From a virus: a DNA stretch of 30,223 nucleotides. Positions 25,880 to 30,223 of this stretch are shown here, piece by piece (position 1 is the first letter of the stretch; every line of letters begins with the position of its first letter). The notes beneath the pieces were generated by a model that saw only the letters and a program-made list of their open reading frames with translations, searched no databases and was not told where the DNA came from. The stretch covers positions 1 through 30,223 of the IMG/VR virus record IMGVR_UViG_3300031949_000004; one strand, written 5' to 3'. The position numbers were made by a program, and so were the translations under genes.

Positions 25880-26737
25880 ATGTTGTTTCGTGTGATGGAC
25901 ATCGAGACTGTTCCAGACATGAGCGTGTTCACGCCGGGGGAGCCCAAGTGGGTGCAGAAGCCCGTTTGGAAACAGCCGTCAGCTCTGGAAATTGCACATC
26001 CAGAGCTTCTGGCGGGTGTGAAGGTGCCGGAATTGGTTTGGGTGAAGGAAGATCCGTTTCCTCCAGCGCAGGCTCATCGGGTCGTGGCGATCTCGTGGTG
26101 TGATGTCGAGATGTCGGTGCCCTCGGGCAATGATTCTCGTGTGTACCGGTTCTCGGCCATGCACACGGCCGCTGCCTGGGAAACGCCCCAGGACGAGCGG
26201 AGGCTCCTTGTCGATTTCAGACGCGCGCAGCTCGGGGCGCCGGCCACCCTCGTCACCTGGAACGGTCGCACGTTCGATCTGCCGGTGCTGGCCATGCGAG
26301 CCCTGCGTCACGGCGTCCCGTGGAACTGGTATTATGATGGTCGAGGATTGCGATACCGTTACAGCGACGAAGGTCATTGCGACCTGATGGACTATTTGTC
26401 GGACTACGGGGCAACCAGGCAGATGAAGCTCGGCGATGCTTGCCGACTTATCGGGTTGCCGGGAAAGACTGATATGGATGGCAGTAAGGTCGCAGATCTT
26501 GTGTTGTCGACAGAGCCCGCAACGGTTGTCGTGGAAAACATGACTAAGGTGGCGAAGTATTGTTTGCAGGATTCCTTGCAGACAGCCTTGCTGTTCGTTC
26601 GTTCGCGGTTTCACCTGGGGTTGTTGACCCTTGCGGGCTATCGCGAGTCTATCGAGTCGTTCAAGAAGGAAATCTCGCAAGTCATAGACATCAACTGGGA
26701 GAAGCTGGACATCGCAGCGGACGTGGAGGAGGGTTGA
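25880..26737 (+). CDS. DEDDy-type (DnaQ-like; PolB-exonuclease-related) 3'-5' exonuclease
   Basis: Exo I: RVMDIETVPD. Exo II: TWNGRTFDLPVL. Exo III: YCLQDSL. ATG at 25880 follows gaaagggg. The ORF is open from TTG 25874. Confidence 0.75.
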   Translation: MLFRVMDIETVPDMSVFTPGEPKWVQKPVWKQPSALEIAHPELLAGVKVPELVWVKEDPFPPAQAHRVVAISWCDVEMSVPSGNDSRVYRFSAMHTAAAWETPQDERRLLVDFRRAQLGAPATLVTWNGRTFDLPVLAMRALRHGVPWNWYYDGRGLRYRYSDEGHCDLMDYLSDYGATRQMKLGDACRLIGLPGKTDMDGSKVADLVLSTEPATVVVENMTKVAKYCLQDSLQTALLFVRSRFHLGLLTLAGYRESIESFKKEISQVIDINWEKLDIAADVEEG

Positions 26738-26740
26738 GGT

Positions 26741-27226
26741 ATGGGTGCCATCGTTCAATTACCGTTTCGGTATCTCGAAATTGCTACGGCTGAAATAGGT
26801 CAAACCGAGATTGAAGGCAACGTTGACAATCCTCGTATTCTCGAATACTTCAAGACAACGTCGTACCAGGCAGCACACGATGAGGTGTCGTGGTGTGCGG
26901 CTTTCGTGAACTGGTGCTTGGTTCAAGCGGGCATCAAAGGAACCAATAGTGCCAGTGCGCTTTCTTTCGCTAACTGGGGTGTTGAGGTTAGGCCGTGTCT
27001 TGGTAGCGTTGCTGTCATAGATTACGGCAACGGTAAGGGGCATGTGGGTTTTCTTGTTGGGTGGCAGGGGCCGAGCTTTGTGTTGTTGGGTGGGAATCAG
27101 GGCAATTCAGTTCGCTACAAGTTGGTTTATCCCCAAAGCATTACGCACTGTCGCATGCCGGTGGAGATCTTACCGGAGCTTGCTGCTATCACAGCCACGT
27201 CTCTGGACTATGCATCATCCAGGTGA
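26741..27226 (+). CDS. CHAP / NlpC-P60-like peptidoglycan hydrolase (phage lysin-like, TIGR02594-like)
   Basis: NPRILEYFKTT...SWCAAFVNWCL (catalytic Cys context) and a downstream GKGHVGFLVGW (His). RBS gaggt. Confidence 0.6.
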   Translation: MGAIVQLPFRYLEIATAEIGQTEIEGNVDNPRILEYFKTTSYQAAHDEVSWCAAFVNWCLVQAGIKGTNSASALSFANWGVEVRPCLGSVAVIDYGNGKGHVGFLVGWQGPSFVLLGGNQGNSVRYKLVYPQSITHCRMPVEILPELAAITATSLDYASSR

Positions 27227-27259
27227 CAGTCATTCTGTTGTGGTGGCTTTCATTATTCG

Positions 27260-27288
27260 TTGACAGTCTGGTTTTCAGAAGATACATA
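27260..27288 (+). promoter_or_regulatory. Candidate promoter TTGACA-17-TACATA in a 108-bp AT-richer intergenic spacer
   Basis: cgTTGACAgtctggttttcagaagaTACATAag. Also a direct repeat tgacagtc x2. Precedes the strong RBS gagaaaggacatcac of the 27335 gene. Confidence 0.3.
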
Positions 27289-27334
27289 AGACAACGTCGT
27301 TTTCGAGTGTTCAACATCAGAGAAAGGACATCAC

Positions 27335-27853
27335 ATGGCAAAGAAGGGCAAGAAGGGCAACAAGAAGGTAGGGGGCGCAACCAAGGACGAGTCGACGGTT
27401 GCAGATCAGTCGGGCGCGAAGGTCAACCTGCGCACGGCGGCTCCAGCCGTTCGGATCCGTGGCCAGGTTGCGAATTCCACCGGGAAGCTCGAACAGGTTC
27501 TCGGCAAGATGAATGGCTGGGCGCAGAACAGTTCCAGCGACGAGCTGACTCGGGGGATCGCCCAGCTTGACACCATCATGGGCGATCTGGGGGCTCTCGA
27601 CAGGATGTTGGGGGCGCTCGTGTCTTCGGGCTGGATGCCGCCGCGCAAGTCCTACACGGCTTCGACCAAGGAGGGCGACACCGTGTCCGTGCTGGAAGAG
27701 CATCGGAGTCGCTACAGCGACATCCTGGAGCCCGGAAAGCAGGTCGAGCTGACGGTCGTCAAGAAGTACCCCGGTCGCGGCGGTGGGCTCGTTGCCGAAT
27801 CCAAGGACGGCACCCGGCTCATGGTGTCCACGAGTCACGTCGTTCGCTTGTAG
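27335..27853 (+). CDS. Hypothetical protein with a basic N-terminus
   Basis: 172 aa. Strong RBS. Starts MAKKGKKGNKK. Confidence 0.5.
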   Translation: MAKKGKKGNKKVGGATKDESTVADQSGAKVNLRTAAPAVRIRGQVANSTGKLEQVLGKMNGWAQNSSSDELTRGIAQLDTIMGDLGALDRMLGALVSSGWMPPRKSYTASTKEGDTVSVLEEHRSRYSDILEPGKQVELTVVKKYPGRGGGLVAESKDGTRLMVSTSHVVRL

Positions 27854-27885
27854 GACATCGACGGCGGCGCCATACTTGTTGGGCC

Positions 27886-28134
27886 ATGTCGAAACGTCGT
27901 TCAAGAGTACGTGATGCGAGAACCGTCGAGGAGCATCGGGCTGCGGTAGTCGATCGCTGGCATGAGATCTTCAGGCCGGTGCAATCTTCCGTTGTCGACA
28001 ATCCCGATCAGCCCCGTGCTCCTCGGCCACCTCGCCGTCGCTCCGGCGGTGGGGGGCACGGAGGCGGATTTTCGCGTATTGGGACAGGGTCGGGACTTGG
28101 AGGGTTCGACGATGATGATGATGACATCGAATGA
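27886..28134 (+). CDS. Possible small Gly/Arg-rich protein with a poly-Asp C-terminal tail
   Basis: 82-aa ORF with no clear RBS. Ends RRRSGGGGHGGGFSRIGTGSGLGGFDDDDDDIE. Confidence 0.3.
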   Translation: MSKRRSRVRDARTVEEHRAAVVDRWHEIFRPVQSSVVDNPDQPRAPRPPRRRSGGGGHGGGFSRIGTGSGLGGFDDDDDDIE

Positions 28135-28221
28135 ACCGGTGATGTGAGAACCGAAAGGGAGTCGGGGCGTGTGTGAACCGTGGGGGCAGCGATCTGACAT
28201 AGGGGATTTGGAGAAACACAC

Positions 28222-28629
28222 ATGAACCGAAAACTGTACGTGAACAACATTCCGTGGAGTGTGACCAACAACGATTTGAAGACCTGGGTTCAGGGTCTAG
28301 GTTTCGTTGTCGACGAGGTTAAGATCATCATGAGCGCCGAGGACGGAAGGTCGCGTGGTTTCGGTTTCATTACCTTTCGGACGGAGGAGGAGGCAAGTCG
28401 CGCACTGTGGAAGCTTGACGGTGCGAGCTACCTGGGTCGGGTGTTGCACGCGGCCGTTGCGGTTCCAAAGAAACCGGGCGACAGGGCTCCAGAGTCGAGG
28501 CAACCCGAACCCGGAGAACCTGAGGTTCGTGGCGACCGTTCAGACTATGCCGGGGCCTGGTCTCCCGAGGAAGCAAAGGCTGCGAAGGGGCGACGGCATC
28601 AACGAGACGAACACGATATGGATGATTGA
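28222..28629 (+). CDS. RRM (RNA recognition motif) RNA-binding protein with a charged C-terminal tail
   Basis: RNP-2 KLYVNNIPW. RNP-1 RGFGFITF. RBS ggagaaacacac. The C-terminal 50 aa are R/E/D-rich. Confidence 0.8.
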   Translation: MNRKLYVNNIPWSVTNNDLKTWVQGLGFVVDEVKIIMSAEDGRSRGFGFITFRTEEEASRALWKLDGASYLGRVLHAAVAVPKKPGDRAPESRQPEPGEPEVRGDRSDYAGAWSPEEAKAAKGRRHQRDEHDMDD

Positions 28630-28665
28630 TTCATGCTTGTTTTGGTGGTGGACAATGATCGTTCC

Positions 28666-28691
28666 GATACATCATTTGTCTCTGATGTATG
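28666..28691 (+). promoter_or_regulatory. Imperfect 9-bp-stem hairpin or palindrome in a low-GC spacer between the RRM gene and the next gene
   Basis: gatacatca-tttgtctc-tgatgtatg, followed by gtgtgttgg. Possible terminator or operator. Confidence 0.3.
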
Positions 28692-28838
28692 TGTGTTGGA
28701 TCATGTGCAGTTGCCCGGTGCGCTTTCCGGCAACCCAAAATTTTTGTCGTGGATAGACCGCGCTTCAGTGGGGGATGTTTATCAAATTGGCAATACCTAT
28801 CACATCATTAAGTTGGGTGTGTTAACCGGATAACAAAC

Positions 28839-29873
28839 ATGTTTCCATCGATTCACAAGGGGATCTGTCTTTTCTGTGGCAAGCCGGACAAGGTGATCCG
28901 TTTGGCTAACACGTCGGGACTTGCCGCCGCTCTATCGACGGCAATTGCGTCCAAGCTCGCGCCGGCCGATGGGATCTGCAATGAGTGTTCGTACTCGCTG
29001 CGCAACATCTGGATGGGCGAGCGGAACGAGTTGATCAGGGCCTCCTCGCCGCGCATCGAGCTGACCTACACGCTGATCCCCACGCTGTTGGCCGAGCACA
29101 GCGACATCGATATCACGTCCTACGAGTTTTCCGTCGACAGTACCGGCAATGTTCCCAGCACCGACTTCTGGGATGATGTTCGTCGGGATACGAAGATCTT
29201 GGAGTGGCTGGACAAGACCTATGGCATCGTGACCTGGAAGCCGATGTTCAGGCGGTGCTACCTCGGCTTCAATCCGTCGGGTCTCTTTTCCGAGGTGTTG
29301 TTGGTTCGCGCCTGGGGACGCTCTTTCAAACACCCTGTGGAAGTTTCCCAGGTTCCCTTCATGCGACTGCTCAATCAAGTGGCGCCAGAAGCCGGGTTCT
29401 ATCTCGGTGTCAAGAGCGCCTTCGAGTCGCTCTTGTGGCGGCGGGAGACCGTGCCAGCGGGCAACGAGCTTTGCGTGGTCATGCGCGAGGCGGCCATGCG
29501 GTACATCGCTTACAGGAGTGGGCAGGAGAAGGCTCCCGACAGCACATCCGTCGATTTTTGCTACGGTATGATGTCGCCGCTCGAAAAAGAGATGGCTCGT
29601 GATGTGCTAGTAGACATGGCCAAGGCGGCGACAGCCGCGCAGCCCAAGCCGGAGTTGGTCGTCAGACCGGAGGCCGTGCGCGAGGAAGCGGCCAGGGTGG
29701 CGGCGGCGGCGCGCAACATCGACTTCGGCGAGGGTGCCGATGAAGATGGTGCCGAAGTGCCCGATGATGAAGACGAGAATGTGATTGGTGGTGGTGGTGG
29801 TGGCAACATTGTCGATGCTCGTAGCGTGGCGCCGGGGTTTGCTCGCAAGCCACGTTCTCCACTCATTCGTTAG
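28839..29873 (+). CDS. Hypothetical protein with an N-terminal Cys pair motif and an acidic, Gly-rich C-terminus
   Basis: 344-aa ORF. Contains CLFCGKPDKV...CNECSY. C-terminus reads DEDGAEVPDDEDENVIGGGGGGN. Confidence 0.5.
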   Translation: MFPSIHKGICLFCGKPDKVIRLANTSGLAAALSTAIASKLAPADGICNECSYSLRNIWMGERNELIRASSPRIELTYTLIPTLLAEHSDIDITSYEFSVDSTGNVPSTDFWDDVRRDTKILEWLDKTYGIVTWKPMFRRCYLGFNPSGLFSEVLLVRAWGRSFKHPVEVSQVPFMRLLNQVAPEAGFYLGVKSAFESLLWRRETVPAGNELCVVMREAAMRYIAYRSGQEKAPDSTSVDFCYGMMSPLEKEMARDVLVDMAKAATAAQPKPELVVRPEAVREEAARVAAAARNIDFGEGADEDGAEVPDDEDENVIGGGGGGNIVDARSVAPGFARKPRSPLIR

Positions 29874-29884
29874 AGGAGATTGTT

Positions 29885-30082
29885 ATGTCAATCGAAGACC
29901 GAGTGATGGTGTCCTTTCACTTGAGAGAAACGAACGGCTCTCTTGCGTTGAACAGGATAACGGTTCCGTATGGGCCGTTGTGGATTTGGGAATTGGAGAT
30001 CAGAGATCAGAATGGTGAGTCCCTGGCTGGCATAGATCTGACAACCGTGGACTTGCAGAAGCTACACGATCTTATCGCCTAG
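29885..30082 (+). CDS. Hypothetical small protein whose 3' half lies in the first copy of a tandem repeat
   Basis: 65 aa. RBS gaggag. Ends ...GESLAGIDLTTVDLQKLHDLIA*. Confidence 0.4.
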   Translation: MSIEDRVMVSFHLRETNGSLALNRITVPYGPLWIWELEIRDQNGESLAGIDLTTVDLQKLHDLIA

Positions 30083-30223
30083 GCGCTCGTCATGGGGGCC
30101 GTTGTGGATTTGGCAACTAGAGATCATGGATCAGAATGGTGAGTCCCTGGCTGGCATAGATCTGACAACCGTGGACTTGCAGAAGCTACACGATCTTATC
30201 GCCAAGGCGCTCGTCATGGAACA
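29972..30223 (+). repeat. Tandem direct repeat, period 124 bp, at least 2 copies, running off the window end
   Basis: gggccgttgtggatttgg...gatctgacaaccgtggacttgcagaagctacacgatcttatcgcc[t/a]aggcgctcgtcatgg. The last roughly 95 bp of each copy are identical. A few substitutions occur at the 5' end of each copy. Confidence 0.85.

Noticed and set aside
28633-28833. 66-aa ORF between the RRM gene and the next gene
   Set aside because: It lies in a low-GC, palindrome-containing spacer and has no RBS. More likely regulatory DNA.

Overview
This is a high-GC (about 60%), densely packed window of prokaryotic type. Genes use Shine-Dalgarno sites (GGAGG/AAGGAG) and many adjacent genes overlap as ATGA/GTGA/TGATG, so they are probably translationally coupled. 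No searches were run. All calls below rest on motifs read from the ORF translations and on recognition from memory.

Transcription is organised as a rightward block (162-6288), a leftward block of mostly small genes (6296-13724), a divergent AT-rich promoter region (13788-14111), and a long rightward block (14112-30223). I read the window as the replication, early and accessory region of a large dsDNA phage or phage-plasmid-like mobile element. No capsid, portal, terminase, tail, integrase or transposase genes are visible, and there are no rRNA, tRNA or CRISPR features.

Proteins I can support from the sequence:
- A compact family B DNA polymerase with intrinsic 3'-5' exonuclease motifs (Exo I-III, motifs A/B/C, KxY). 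Its size suggests the protein-primed class, but this is an inference.
- Two SNF2-family ATPases. One has a SMARCAL1-like layout: an N-terminal CxxC...GPxC zinc ribbon, two tandem HARP-like repeats, then the SNF2 core.
- A ParB N-terminal-domain protein.
- A HerA/FtsK-superfamily ATPase, translationally coupled to a lysine-rich protein built from 27-bp (KKPARKLPA) tandem repeats.
- A MazG-like NTP pyrophosphohydrolase and a YfbR-like HD 5'-deoxynucleotidase.
- A standalone DEDDy (DnaQ-like) 3'-5' exonuclease.
- A CHAP/NlpC-P60-like peptidoglycan hydrolase.
- Two J-domain (HPD) proteins, one carrying six CxxCxGxG zinc-finger repeats.
- A GT10-type (alpha-1,3-fucosyltransferase-like) glycosyltransferase.
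- A Fis-type HTH protein and an Arc-like ribbon-helix-helix protein.
- An RRM-type RNA-binding protein.

The element is rich in intragenic tandem duplications. It ends in a near-identical 124-bp tandem DNA repeat that continues past the window edge. The most unusual points are the co-occurrence of eukaryote-like modules (HARP-SNF2, RRM, J-domain/zinc finger, GT10, histone-H1-like repeats) in a prokaryotic mobile element, the pPolB plus HerA/FtsK plus standalone exonuclease set, and a strongly signalled single-gene expression cassette at 14112-14600.
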